This document shows positions 34,092-45,533 of a stretch of DNA of 64,000 nt, piece by piece; position 1 is the first letter of the stretch, and every line of letters begins with the position of its first letter. The notes beneath the pieces were generated by a model. The model worked only from the letters and a program-made list of their open reading frames with translations. It did not search any database and was not told the DNA's origin. The stretch lies in NCBI GenBank assembly GCA_000091205.1, contig AP006496.2; one strand, 5' to 3'. The position numbers and the translations under genes were made by a program. This DNA comes from Cyanidioschyzon merolae (lineage: Eukaryota).

Positions 34092-34894
34092 CTGGAGCAA
34101 ACATAGGTGCACGACTCGAGCGCGTGGGTACTGCCGTCTGGGGTGCAGCAGCGTTCGGCGGCGGGTTGCCGCCCTACACGCGGCAGATTTGTTGTGCGGT
34201 GCGCGTCACTCGGGGTTACGCAAACGCGTTAGGCTGTGCACTCACTGAGGCACGTTACCCAGCACAGAAAAGACTGACCCAGTGGTCGCGGAGGTCGAGC
34301 TCGGACCCGGGCGCAAGCGCTCGCGCCGCCAGCAGCCTTGCGCCTTGCCTCTTTGCCCGACGGGTAGACCAGTGTCGGGGAACTAGGCTTTGCGCGTTTT
34401 TAACGGGGCGCTGTGCCCAGCGCGCTTGGCTTGCGGCGATGGATCAACGGAACGCTATGAGTGAAGTGCTTCTGCATATGCTGGTAGCATCTCCGAGTCT
34501 CATGCGCTAGGCGTGTGCGTGTTTTGTCGGGATTCTAGTATGCAGCAGCTATCGGTGCTGTGGCGCCGGCGTACATCCAGTGACATCGCCCATCTTCCTG
34601 TTGTTGTTCCTGCAATGCATCGCTGGATTCTCGGTCACAGGAGCGAGGAGATGCTTTACAGCCGGGAATACGCGCTAGTGTGGCGACACACAGCTTTTGC
34701 GCCGCCTGTTCGCCGCATCAGCGACGACGTGCACACCAGACCTCAGAGACCGACACAAGTCCTTTGACGCGCCGTTGATAAAAGCTGCCCAAAATCTGGA
34801 CAGTGCTCCATGGCCAACCCGCGTTGAATCACTGCAGCACCGTTGCGGCCAACGTGAAAACACCACAGTTGTCGACTATCTTTTATCAACAGAC

Positions 34895-35827
34895 CTAGTT
34901 TGCCTGCGTTCCCCGATGACTCGCCAATCTGGAGGGCCAAAGTGGCCCACCAGCCGCCCATTCTGGATTGTAACCTTTCCGCAGATACTCGGCATGCATG
35001 CGTTCCGCGAGATAGCGCGCGCGTTGTTCGTAGAGGCGCGCATCTGCCCAGTAGGTAGCCGGGTGCAGAAGGCGCGAATCGAGCCCGGGAATCGCACGCG
35101 GCACCCGCAATCCGAAAATCGGATCTGGCGCGGACACCTGACTCGTAGGGATCGCATCCGTGGCGATGGCACGCACGATTGCCCGCGAAACCTCCAGGTC
35201 CATGCGTGCGGCACCGTCGGCAGCGCCGCCGCCCGCCCAACCGGTATTCACCAGGTACACCTGGGTGCCGTGACGCTCCAGTTTCTCATTGAGCAATTGT
35301 GCATAGACTTGACCATTCAACGGCATGAACGCTGCTCCAAAACAGGTGCTGAAAGTGGCGGTCGGCCTCAGCACACCACGCTCCGTTCCAGCAACCTTGG
35401 CAGTGTACGCTAGAATAAAATGATAAGCAGCCTGGAGTGGTGTCAACACAGACACCGGGGGCAAGACGCCAAAAGCATCGCATACGAGGAAAATGAATGC
35501 CTTGGGCGGTGGACCCTGGCGTGATGCCTCCCACTGCGGTATATTGTGGATTGGGCAGGTCGCTCGGGTGTTCTCGGTTTTGGAAGCGTCATCAAACTGG
35601 ACAACGCCGTGTCCATCCACGACGACGTTTTCGAGAATCGTGGACGGCTTTCGAATTGCACTGTAAAGAATCGGTTCCTTCTCCGGCGACAGGCGGATCA
35701 CTTTGACGTATATACCACCCTCCATGTTGCGGATCGCCGTTTCGTCCCAGGAGTGCTCGTCGTCCCCGATGAGTTTCCGCTCGGGGTCCGCGGATAACGT
35801 TGATTTTCCGGTTCCCGACAAGCCGCT
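34895..35827 (-). CDS. pckA: Phosphoenolpyruvate carboxykinase (ATP), exon 2.
   Basis: GLSGTGKSTLSADPERKLIGDDEH kinase-1a and downstream PEPCK-ATP motifs: ENTRATCPI, DAFGVLPPVS, TAKVAGTE, NTGWAGG. Confidence 0.85.
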   Translation of the reverse strand, partial: SGLSGTGKSTLSADPERKLIGDDEHSWDETAIRNMEGGIYVKVIRLSPEKEPILYSAIRKPSTILENVVVDGHGVVQFDDASKTENTRATCPIHNIPQWEASRQGPPPKAFIFLVCDAFGVLPPVSVLTPLQAAYHFILAYTAKVAGTERGVLRPTATFSTCFGAAFMPLNGQVYAQLLNEKLERHGTQVYLVNTGWAGGGAADGAARMDLEVSRAIVRAIATDAIPTSQVSAPDPIFGLRVPRAIPGLDSRLLHPATYWADARLYEQRARYLAERMHAEYLRKGYNPEWAAGGPLWPSRLASHRGTQAN

Positions 35828-35901
35828 AGATTTCACGCAATGGTTAGTGTTCCGTTTTGCTGAATCGGCCTGCTGCGTGCTTCTGCGATGTTCCAAACTT
35901 A

Positions 35902-36720
35902 CGCAAAACAAATAGTGTCCGGATTCGTGTCCGATAGGGAGCGCGTCGCTGCGCAGTGTAACGGCAAAATGCCTTTCAGCGGCAGCATTCCGTTCATGAT
36001 GGTGAACACCGATTTTTTCATTTCACCCGCGTAGCTCGTGCCAGCGATAAGCGCCAAGCGACGCTCGAAACCGAGCACAATAAATATATCCGAGTTCAGT
36101 CCCATTGCCCGATAATGTCGATTGCGCAAGCCGCTAGCGTAAACCACGGTAAAGTCCGGCTCGCCGAAGCTCGCTGCCTCCGCCGGACTCGATAGCGGTA
36201 TAAATATGTTGCTGGCGAAGGCATGATGCCAGGCGAGTTCGGTCACGACGCGGAGCTTGAGACGGTTCGGTCCGCTGGATACGAGCCCGTCGAAGACGAA
36301 CAGCTCAGGCAAGGCTGATAAATAGTTGGCAACCTGTTTCTGAAGTTCGTCGACGATTGTTCGCTCTATTGGCTGGTTGACCTCGCCCCAGTCGATGCGT
36401 TCCGCTAGGGGCGAGCCCTCGCGACGTTCGATGTAGCGGTCACGCGGCGACCGGCCCGTGAACTCTCCGGTATCCACGCAAAGTGCACCCGGTGGGTCTC
36501 TCGCTTCAACGCCCTCACGTCGTTGTAACGCCAGTGCTTTCGCCTCGGAGAACGGCAGGTTCCGGTGAATGGCACCAGGCGCACGCTGGAAGCCTAGCTG
36601 CCTCACCAAGAACTGCTCTACGGTTTCCGGAGACGTTCCGCCGCTGCTTAGGCGGCGTTGCCAAGTGCGAAGCAACCGTGGACCGCTTCTCAAGCTGGTT
36701 CGAAGGCGAGGAAACCACAT
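35902..36720 (-). CDS. pckA: Phosphoenolpyruvate carboxykinase (ATP), exon 1, with an Arg-rich N-terminal presequence. The intron is 35828..35901.
   Basis: GEFTGRSPRDRY, TSYAGEMKK and LPLHCAA motifs. The donor gc|GTAAGT at 35901 and acceptor tctAG| at 35828 restore the frame, giving ...ICFA-GLSGTGKST. Confidence 0.8.
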
Positions 36721-37258
36721 TATATTCTATTGAGCTCCTGGATAGCGTCCGTGTCCAGCGAGCGCTCTAGGTCGATGGAGGCGGCCATAACGATGTTCGC
36801 GCCTCAGATTGCTCAATTGGCGAAACGTTTACCAAGGCCAGCGTTCTCCGATTGTGTGCTTTTCTTTTTTTTTTGTTTTTCTTCAGTGCGCGATGACGTA
36901 TCTATCAGGTCCCCTACTTCCCAGTTGCATTACACATACTTCTTCTCGGATGTACTGGTCGTTCATCGCAATGCATGCAACGCATGCGCGATGTCGCACG
37001 TGGAATCCGCCGAACAGCCATACAGTGCGCTGGCGCGCATTGATCGCACTGCCTCCGTCTATATTGTCGCAAAACATTTAATATTATATAGTTCTGTACC
37101 GTTGGTGCAAGAGGTCCATGGAAGCGCGCAGCGCAGTGCGCCATCCCCAGCGAAAAGCGACTACATCTTCCAGACGATAGCTGAATGACCTCGCCTGCTG
37201 GACGGTATTTTCGGACTGCAGCGTCAGCCACAGAGACGAACGCGCCACGCACACCATC

Positions 37259-39550
37259 ATGGACTTGTCTAAAAGGGCAACAATAGCGCAACAACTTGAG
37301 TCTGCTGGAAGTGTACGGCGTAAAGAGCGGTCAAAGGACGTCGCTGTCTACAGGAGACGCTGCTTCCCAGTGCTGGTGACACTCCTGATGGGCTTGGCGC
37401 TTGGCCAGTTCCTGGTCTGCTTACATTCAGTGCAGGAAGCAGTTGCAAATGGGCCTCCTGAAGCGCAGAACGTTGTGTCACGGCCGGAAGAGGCGGTACC
37501 GGCCGCAATGCTGGGTTCTGGCGGTGCGGCCGCTGGCAGCTGGGGTGGTGTAGCGTCGCTGGCCGAGACGGTCACGGCGGATGAGGCCAAGGCGGCTGGG
37601 TCGGCGTCGTCTCCAGAGCATCCGCCGGACACCAGTGCTGCTGACGGGGCAACGGGGCCACCGCGCACGGATCCGCACGCGGAGAAGCACCTTGGCCTCG
37701 GTCTCTTCTACTCGATAGTGGCGCTCCTGATAGGCATCTTGCTCTCTTATCTTCTGCTGCAATACGGGTTTCACGCTCTACCAGACTGCATCGTGTATGT
37801 GATCATTGGTCTGACTGTTGGCGGGTTTTTGCGGCTCGCTGGAGACGACTACGCAGCGGTATCGCGAGCGCTCCCGAACCAGGAACAGTTTATGCTCTTC
37901 ATATTGCCCCCTGTGATCTTCGAAGCTGGGTATTCGCTGAACAAAGGCGACTTTTTTGCACAGGCTGGTTCCATTATTAGCTTCGCGGTGTTTGGAACCA
38001 TCATTTCCGCTCTAGCGTTTGGACTGGGCATGTGGTTCCTAGGCGTGCTCCACCTCTCGTACCGGTTGTATTTATTTGAGGCACTCGCTTTCGGATCTCT
38101 GATATCGGCTGTGGACCCGGTGGCCACCATTGCGATCTTCAATGCCCTCAAGGTGAACCGTACACTTCATTACTTGGTTTTCGGCGAGTCGGTGCTCAAT
38201 GACGCGGTCGCGATTGTGTTGTTCCAGACTTTTGGGGGCATGGTTGGCAGCGAGAGCGCAACCTCCTGGTGGCAACCAGTTGGTCATTTCGTGTATATTT
38301 TTCTGGGGAGCACAGCGATCGGCGCCGCGGTTGGCATGCTTTCAGCGCTCATGTTCAAGTACACCCGCCTCTACCGCTATCCAGTCCTGGAACTGAGTAC
38401 GTTGCTTCTGGTAGCGTACTTGCCTTATACATTTTGCGAGGGACTCGGCTTGAGCGGCATCATGAGCATTTTGGCAAATGGTGTCATGATGGCCCACTAC
38501 ACGCACCACAACCTTTCCTCAGTGACCAAACTGACTTCACAGCAATCGTTTAAGATGATCGCTTTCATTACGGAGACGTTTATTTTCATCTACCTGGGTC
38601 TCGCGCTGACGCTCTTCGCCCACTCTTGGCATTTCATGACTGTTTTCTGGGGTATCCTGTTGACGCTTCTGTCCCGGTTTGTGAACGTGTTCCCTTTATC
38701 GGCGATTCTCAACCGATATCGCCGTGAGAAGATCAACGCCACGAATCAGTTCGTGCTGTGGTTCTCCGGGCTCCGAGGCGCGATCGCTTTCGCGCTGTCG
38801 TTGAACTTTCCGTCGGCGGACTCGGGAGACCCTGCCCGAGATCTGGAAACCCGGCGAGCGATTATCTCCACAACGCTGGCTATTGTGATCTTCACAGTGA
38901 TCGTGCTGGGCGGTGGAACTTTGCCCCTACTTCGATTGCTTCGCGTCGAGCAAGCAGAGTCCGCAGACAACTATGAAATGTCCCGGGTGCACGCCGACGC
39001 CGTAAGTTCAACGGATCAGGCGGCAGCGACCACGGTGAGCTTTGCGGACGCTGATGCTGCTGGCCAAAGAACCGCTATCTTTGTGGGCTTTGAAACAGAC
39101 TCGCCTGTTTTTCGTCCGGCACAAGACGCGACAACGACAGGGGACGGCTCGGCGACATGGAACGCCCCGACGATACAAACATCCATGGACGCGCACCGAG
39201 AAGCGGCGGCGAGTGCTTCGTCTTTGCAGCACCCCGTTGCGTCTGGGCATGCTGCATCGATGACTGCTGAGGAGAGCATGTCGTGGCTGCAGCGCCTGGA
39301 TGAACGAATCCTCCAGCCATTCTTCCGAGCGCAGCATCGACAAGTTGGGCGCCAAGGTATAGAGCGGTTTCTCAAGGACGGGGAACGTCGGCTTTTGTCG
39401 CCCACGGAACTTGCCCAGATCGTCTCCCGAGCTGCTTGGGATGAGAGCGACGAGGATACCGGATCGTCCCTGCCCGAGACCGCAGAACATGCGGAAATGG
39501 GTCAACTGGGGCAACAGACACTGGAAGATGGCTCGACATCGGGTCGGTAA
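37259..39550 (+). CDS. nhx: Na+/H+ exchanger (CPA1/NHE family).
   Basis: FMLFILPPVIFEAGYSL, ISAVDPVATIAIFNALKV, VFGESVLNDAVAIVLFQTF, WFSGLRGAIAFALS. Confidence 0.9.
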   Translation: MDLSKRATIAQQLESAGSVRRKERSKDVAVYRRRCFPVLVTLLMGLALGQFLVCLHSVQEAVANGPPEAQNVVSRPEEAVPAAMLGSGGAAAGSWGGVASLAETVTADEAKAAGSASSPEHPPDTSAADGATGPPRTDPHAEKHLGLGLFYSIVALLIGILLSYLLLQYGFHALPDCIVYVIIGLTVGGFLRLAGDDYAAVSRALPNQEQFMLFILPPVIFEAGYSLNKGDFFAQAGSIISFAVFGTIISALAFGLGMWFLGVLHLSYRLYLFEALAFGSLISAVDPVATIAIFNALKVNRTLHYLVFGESVLNDAVAIVLFQTFGGMVGSESATSWWQPVGHFVYIFLGSTAIGAAVGMLSALMFKYTRLYRYPVLELSTLLLVAYLPYTFCEGLGLSGIMSILANGVMMAHYTHHNLSSVTKLTSQQSFKMIAFITETFIFIYLGLALTLFAHSWHFMTVFWGILLTLLSRFVNVFPLSAILNRYRREKINATNQFVLWFSGLRGAIAFALSLNFPSADSGDPARDLETRRAIISTTLAIVIFTVIVLGGGTLPLLRLLRVEQAESADNYEMSRVHADAVSSTDQAAATTVSFADADAAGQRTAIFVGFETDSPVFRPAQDATTTGDGSATWNAPTIQTSMDAHREAAASASSLQHPVASGHAASMTAEESMSWLQRLDERILQPFFRAQHRQVGRQGIERFLKDGERRLLSPTELAQIVSRAAWDESDEDTGSSLPETAEHAEMGQLGQQTLEDGSTSGR

Positions 39551-40451
39551 CCGCGCGCACTCGCTTGTGCGCAATCCTTGCGGTTTAGCGGGCACATGAT
39601 GCTGCATATATACATTTGTTCACGAGTTTGCTCGTTATTGTTGGTGTTCGGCGTTCTCGTGTGTGGCCCTGACGACCAGCGACAGGGCACGCGGCATGCC
39701 GGGAGCAGCATTGGACTCATCGTATAAACGCAATGCTTGCACTGTTTCTCCCGAGCGATCCGTCACAGTTTACGAGCTGCCCAGGTAATTCCAGAGACAA
39801 TGCGTCTCTGGTGACGGCGGTCTCTAGTGCTCACAGAGACGCTATGGAACTCGCGCTGCGCTTCATGTTCTGGGCGATAGGTACACAGCAGGAAACCGGC
39901 ATCGCAAGAGCATGCACGTGCCGTCGAGGTCGGGTCGTTCAGGCAAACCCCTTGGGGCCTGTTCGCAACAAGCGCGGCGCCTGCGTTCCCCTCGAGACAA
40001 GTCAGCGCCCGTCTGCAGCCGGTACGTCGGCTTGCGGCAGCTCGGCTGCATGCAACGCTGAACAGCGATGATCAACCTAACAACAACAACAACAACGTCA
40101 TCATCGACTGGAGAGGTGGATGCGCAGCACTCGGATGCCGCCTGCGAAACACATCATACGTCGTTGCGTTGTGCTTACTGAGCACGAAAGCGTCGCTGTT
40201 CCACGTTGCAAGGTGCTTCATCGTCGACTTTAAGAGTACGTCCCATTGCTTCGCTGGCCGCACGCTGTAACCCGTCGAGCCAGTGTTGTACCCAGTGCAG
40301 TATGGAGCACAGCATAACCGAGAGGCCGCGCGTTGCGTCCACTAGTCGGTTTCCTGAACGCCACACCCGCCTGGGACCCCGTGTAGACGCTGCGTACTCG
40401 AAGGCACCTCTCGCGGCCAGGTGCAAGCACTGCAGTATAAGTGAGGAGCGT

Positions 40452-40682
40452 TCAGTTTGATTGAGAGGAGGCTGGTGAACGTGGTCGTCGTGCTTCACTT
40501 GCGAGATAGTTCAGCTCACGTTTCACCAGCAGTTCTTTTGCAAGACATTGATCCAGTTCACGCTTGCAAGCGTTGCACTTACCGAAGAATTTGAGGACCT
40601 TGTGATGATAGTGGCAATCTTCCAACTGCTTGATCAGCTCCCGACACAACGGGTGATCACTGGCTTTCAACACGGGATGCAT
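40452..40682 (-). CDS. Twin Cx9C (CHCH) small protein, Cmc1/COX-assembly-like.
   Basis: CRELIKQLEDC and CNACKRELDQC form two Cx9C pairs. ATG at 40682. Confidence 0.55.
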   Translation of the reverse strand: MHPVLKASDHPLCRELIKQLEDCHYHHKVLKFFGKCNACKRELDQCLAKELLVKRELNYLASEARRPRSPASSQSN

Positions 40683-40775
40683 GTGCACGGCTGCAAATCC
40701 AGCAACAAAATTTAAACTCAACAAACAGTGATAATAACCTGCACAACGCTGCAAGCGTTGACTACGAACGTCTCT

Positions 40776-40803
40776 GACTGACCGACCGACTGACTGACTG
40801 ACT
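40776..40803. repeat. (GACT/GACC)n tetranucleotide microsatellite.
   Basis: ctgactgaccgaccgactgactgactgact. Confidence 0.9.
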
Positions 40804-40942
40804 AGTTGCAGCCCGCGCAACGGCATCACAAACGCGCTTGCTGCGGGGCGTTACGGGAGCGGCACTGCTAGAGAGTCGCGGACGGCGTTTTGGTGGCAGT
40901 TTGAAACCGAAAAACCTCTCTGTCACGATAAAGCAGTCTAGG

Positions 40943-42604
40943 ATGAAGCTCGGGCGGCTAGGAACACCAGTCATGCGACCCGCTTTGCACGTGTGGTGTC
41001 TCTTGTGGCTCTGCGCACTCTTGACGGAGTTCGTTGCTGCAGGCACGATTCAGCGGGTTATTGGCGCTGACCCTGAAACCGAGAGACGTTTCATCGCCCA
41101 GATCGCTTCGTTGGGAGGATTCCGGTGTTCGAACGACAGCGGAACGCTGCTGCCGCCTTCTTTTTTAAACGATGACTACTGCGACTGCCCGAACGGTGCT
41201 GATGAACCGGGCACGGCAGCCTGTGCTGGCCTCGCTCCGCTCTCCCAAAAGTTCTTCTGCCCCGGAGAAGACAACGATAAGCAGACGCTGCCGCTCTCCT
41301 GGGTGAACGACGGCCAGTGCGACTGCTGCGACGGCTCGGACGAGTGGCTCTCAGGTGTCCAATGTGAGAACGTTTGCGACGTGCTGCGCTCGGAACGCCT
41401 TCGGGAGCTCGAGCTGCAGTTAGCTCGTTACCGACAAGGCCTAGAGAAGCGAGCCGAGCTTGTTGAAGAGGCAGCTCGGATCCGACAGGCGGAAGGCAAC
41501 CAGCTCGTAGTGACGAAGCGACAACGACTCGCCGAAGCGGAACGCACCCTAGCCGCCATCGAACAGAAGCGAAGGTTCTTTGAAACCTGGCTCCGCTGGT
41601 TCGATACTTCTACGGAAGCGCTTGCTGACGCTGGAGAACGACCACCTGCACAGCAACAGGATGCACAGCAGCAGGCATCGCCTTCTGGGCTGGCAGAAAT
41701 GGTCACTTCCGAAGTCGAGCGCGAGTTGGCGGCAGTTCCGAGCGAGCGCGACCTTACCACCGCACCCCAGGCGAAGCCTCTCTGGCGACGGTGGTGGTGG
41801 TGGTCGTGGCGGCGGCACCACTTCTGGGAACGCTTCATCGGGGCGTCCGACTCGAGCGCACCCATCGTTGAACTGGATGAGCCGGTCGATCTCGAGAGCA
41901 CTGCTTGTATGCGACTGATGCGACTGCAGGCGCCCATCTGGGTCGTGCAGCGCTTCGAAAGACTCTGGGGACAACACCTGGCACCAATGGAACGCATTCG
42001 ACGAAGCGTTGGGCGCTTTGCAGCTCCGCTGCTGAAACGCAGTGTTCAGCATCGGCACATCCGCACTTGTCTGCGTCTAGCGCAGGGGGGCGTTGCACGC
42101 GCCCACCGAGAGCGCGAGGAGGCTGCGCGGGCGCTCGAGGAAGCGCAGCGCCTCGAAGATGCTTATCTGGGCCCTCAGGATGTATTGTTGGGTATGCGGG
42201 ATCATCCTTGCTTACGGAAGACTGTTGGACAGTACGACTACGAAGTGTGTCTTTTGCAACACGTGAAACAGTATGAACGAGTGAGCAGAGGGAGCCACAC
42301 CGGCATCGTGCTGGGAAGTTTTGCGTACGCGGAGCACGTTTCGGTGAACTGGAGCGGTTCACCTGATAAACTGGCCCTCCAGTACCTGGGCGGGGATATG
42401 TGTTGGAATGGACCCCAGCGCGAAGCTACCGTGATCGTCGAGTGTGACCCGAACCTGAGCATCCTGACCGTAACAGAGACTGAACGATGCAAGTACCGCG
42501 TGACACTCCAGGGGCCTCTGGGTTGCTTCGAGGAGGCGCTAGCGGAGCTGGAGCGGCAACGAGCTCGCCTCTCAGTTCAACAGCAGCCCGCTAGCTCATC
42601 CTGA
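40943..42604 (+). CDS. Glucosidase II beta subunit (PRKCSH-like) with LDLa-type Cys repeats and a C-terminal MRH domain.
   Basis: NDDYCDCPNGADEPG and VNDGQCDCCDGSDEW. MRH region CLRKTVGQYDYEVCLL...DMCWNGPQREATVIVECD...CKYRVTLQGPLGC. Signal peptide MKLGRLGTPVMRPALHVWCLLWLCALL. Confidence 0.8.
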   Translation: MKLGRLGTPVMRPALHVWCLLWLCALLTEFVAAGTIQRVIGADPETERRFIAQIASLGGFRCSNDSGTLLPPSFLNDDYCDCPNGADEPGTAACAGLAPLSQKFFCPGEDNDKQTLPLSWVNDGQCDCCDGSDEWLSGVQCENVCDVLRSERLRELELQLARYRQGLEKRAELVEEAARIRQAEGNQLVVTKRQRLAEAERTLAAIEQKRRFFETWLRWFDTSTEALADAGERPPAQQQDAQQQASPSGLAEMVTSEVERELAAVPSERDLTTAPQAKPLWRRWWWWSWRRHHFWERFIGASDSSAPIVELDEPVDLESTACMRLMRLQAPIWVVQRFERLWGQHLAPMERIRRSVGRFAAPLLKRSVQHRHIRTCLRLAQGGVARAHREREEAARALEEAQRLEDAYLGPQDVLLGMRDHPCLRKTVGQYDYEVCLLQHVKQYERVSRGSHTGIVLGSFAYAEHVSVNWSGSPDKLALQYLGGDMCWNGPQREATVIVECDPNLSILTVTETERCKYRVTLQGPLGCFEEALAELERQRARLSVQQQPASSS

Positions 42605-44062
42605 GCGTTTTGCACGGGTCCAGGGCAATGAGTGCTCCGCTCTCTACCGATGGGAACGGTGGCAATGGTGACGATAACCGTGAAACGCGCAACCAAGCGC
42701 TGCACTTGGCGTTTTCGGAAAGGTTGGCGATGAGGTCGTGCGCAACAGACCTGGTTGCTGGCTTGTAGGTACAGGATCGTTTTCGAACGCAAGCTACTGG
42801 ATGCAGTGCAATGACGAGCGGGGTATTGACTCCCGACGGCACGCTAACTGCTAGAAGTTTTGGACGCTGTCATACCGATGTGTATCATGAGATTTCTGCG
42901 GATACAAGAGAGCGACCAGACATCGCTGAAGCGATTTGAGATCATATACAGACGCTTCTGTATGGTGCGAATTCCGGACCGGTCTCCGCGTCGGGAATAG
43001 CGCTTCGATAGAGCAGAAAACAAAAGACCCCCGAATGCCGAGCTTGACCCAAAAGTCGCCGAGCACAGTCAGCACTGCTTTGCGATGCTTTTATGGGTAT
43101 CGGATCGCAGGAGGCTGGCATCTTCCACGTTGATCGCTGATCACCCGAGCGTGTTTCCCGGCGGCTGGTTCTCGTCTGCATTGCAAGCGGTATCGAATCT
43201 CCAAGGATTTATCCCGGTTACCAGGATAGCTTGTGTTCCAAGCGCACCTAGTATCTACAGCTCGTCGAGCGCATGGAATGCCGCCTTGTATTCAATTTGG
43301 GCACAGGGGAATGGAATCCCAGAACAGACATCCAATGATGATGATGATGATGATGGTGATGATGACGCGAACCCGTCGGATTATAGGCTAATGATGCTAG
43401 AGGTTTCTACGATCGCGCTACGCAAGAGCGTCCTAAAGACATGGACGACTTTGGGTCTGTTCTGGATTTCGTGCGGATACCCGTCCATTCCAGTGCGCCA
43501 CTTTTCACGTACTTGAATGGGCATCCTTCGGAACAGCCTCTTTGCAGTGGATCCACGGTCTTCGAAGCGTCCGAATTCCCCACGATGCCCCGAACGCCAA
43601 GTCATGCGCATCAGGAGCTGCCTCGCCACTTTGGCGGTATCATCGGACGACGTTTCCGACGCTCAAGAATCGAGAACCCGTCGCCGCAGCATAGATCACG
43701 TGCGATCCATCGTTTCAGACCAAGTCGCGAACGAGAAGCGAGTGCGACACCGCAAATCGTGCACTTGCCCCTGGAATAAACGCCTGCGTGCGCGCTCAGA
43801 GAAAAGGTTTCATAAGATTCGTCCCCGAGGAGCGGCACCTTCTCGATACCGCACGCTCTCTGTCTGGTACGAACAAGGTTCTGGAACCGCGATTCCAGTG
43901 GATTCATCATAGCGCGCGGGTGTTGCTTTTGGTTCAACAACGTCAGAGGCATCGGGCTCATTATCGAATGAACCCAGGGCTTTGCTGCGGATCGTGAACG
44001 TCCTCACTCGTATGCGCTATCGTGACGAGCGTCGCTGGTCTCTGAAAGGCCTTGGGCAATAT

Positions 44063-44063
<1 letters not shown>

Positions 44064-44102
<39 letters not shown>
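44064..44102. repeat. (CTG)13 microsatellite.
   Basis: Direct reading. Confidence 0.95.
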
Positions 44103-44581
44103 GTGCAGCCGGTTTCTGCGTTTTCCAGGGAGCGACTTGTATACAGACACAGGATTTTATGTCGCACACGGCTGCATCGTCGTTCTCCGTGACGCATTTC
44201 CGCCCAGATGGCGACTGGCGTGCCCTCCAGGCACCAAGACGCGCGACAGCTCGCAGGGGATTCGTCCCCCCCGGCCCTGAGAACGTATCCTCAACGAACG
44301 GTCTGCGCCCCTGTTCATCTATCCATGCGTTTCTACATCTGTACATCGATGAGTTCTGGGGTATGCTCGAACACGCGAGCAGGCACCTGGTCACACAATG
44401 CCAGGTCGGGAGGCCGTCGACGCAGCGCACCGATGACCGCAAGTGAACGATACATTATGGATGCATAGCGACCATGCTGTGCATTCATGTACAATAAAAC
44501 GTTCCTGAGTCTTTCATGGCGGGATCACGGGCTCAGACCAATACCAATATTGAAGCGCTGCCGGTTTCCAGCGCCCTTTCG

Positions 44582-44950
44582 TCACAGCTCGGTAAACGCA
44601 CGCTTCAACGAGCCCCAGTACTCGAGCTTGCCGTTGCTCTGCAGATAGGCCTGCTCCTTCAGCAGATACCCCACATCCGCGCGTCCGATACTATCAAAGT
44701 GCGCTGCTAGCACCAACCAGTTAAAAGGGTCGTTGCGAGCCGTGGCAGCCGCAACCTGCAGACTTCCGTAATACCGTTGGTTCCTGGGATCCAGCAGAGA
44801 CTCAATGACCCGATCTAAGCGGGAGTATCGCCTATCTCCATGAAAAACGTAGGGATCTGGCACGTATATATTACCAAGGAAGGCAAATGCTAGAAAAAAA
44901 CCGCTCCCAAAAGCGATCCATGGACTCCAACGGGAGACCGGTGCAGCCAT
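44582..44950 (-). CDS. Small single-pass membrane protein, unknown function.
   Basis: Real ATG. Hydrophobic segment WIAFGSGFFLAFAFLG. No clean stop-free alternative frames. Confidence 0.35.
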   Translation of the reverse strand: MAAPVSRWSPWIAFGSGFFLAFAFLGNIYVPDPYVFHGDRRYSRLDRVIESLLDPRNQRYYGSLQVAAATARNDPFNWLVLAAHFDSIGRADVGYLLKEQAYLQSNGKLEYWGSLKRAFTEL

Positions 44951-45533
44951 ATACTCGGCTGAGGTGGCTGCACACTAGACGCCGCGCCGAACGAACGACC
45001 GCTCCGAGCGCAGACGTGCCACTGCACCGGGAGCTCGAAGCCCGGCAACGGATCAGGAGGGTTCCGGGTGTCCTTCTAGGTTCAGAAGCTGGTCCGCTGA
45101 GAGACGCGATACGCGGGCCAGTGTCTCGTGCGTCTACGACAGTGCGCTTCGCGGGGCGTCTCGGTTAGGAGCCAGGTACGCACACTGCGCAGCAGCAGGC
45201 ATGTTTCTAATCTGGAACTTTATGTACTTTATGCGACTAAAGAGACATCCCAACTAGAAAGCGCTCTGCACCACCAGAAACAATGACAAACACCGAGTTC
45301 CTGTGGATGCTTTGCAGACGTGGCAGCACGCTCATTCGAACGCTGCATAGCATGATTACTCGCTATTGGAGCTATGCACGATGTCGAGCAGTATGCACCG
45401 GGAGCAGCAACTGCTGGTGGCGACGCCTGCGCGCGCCCCAGCCGATGAATGAGCGCCATGCTGCGTATCGTGCGCCATTTGTACGCAGTCGCAGTACTGG
45501 CGTGAACTGGTTTCGTTTTTGGAGGCCGAACCC

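Noticed and set aside
34895-39550. Treating the region as a prokaryotic operon (pckA-nhaP etc.)
   Set aside because: It contains a spliceosomal intron and eukaryote-specific proteins (glucosidase II beta, Mic10, G-patch, Hint). Genes lie on alternating strands with presequences.
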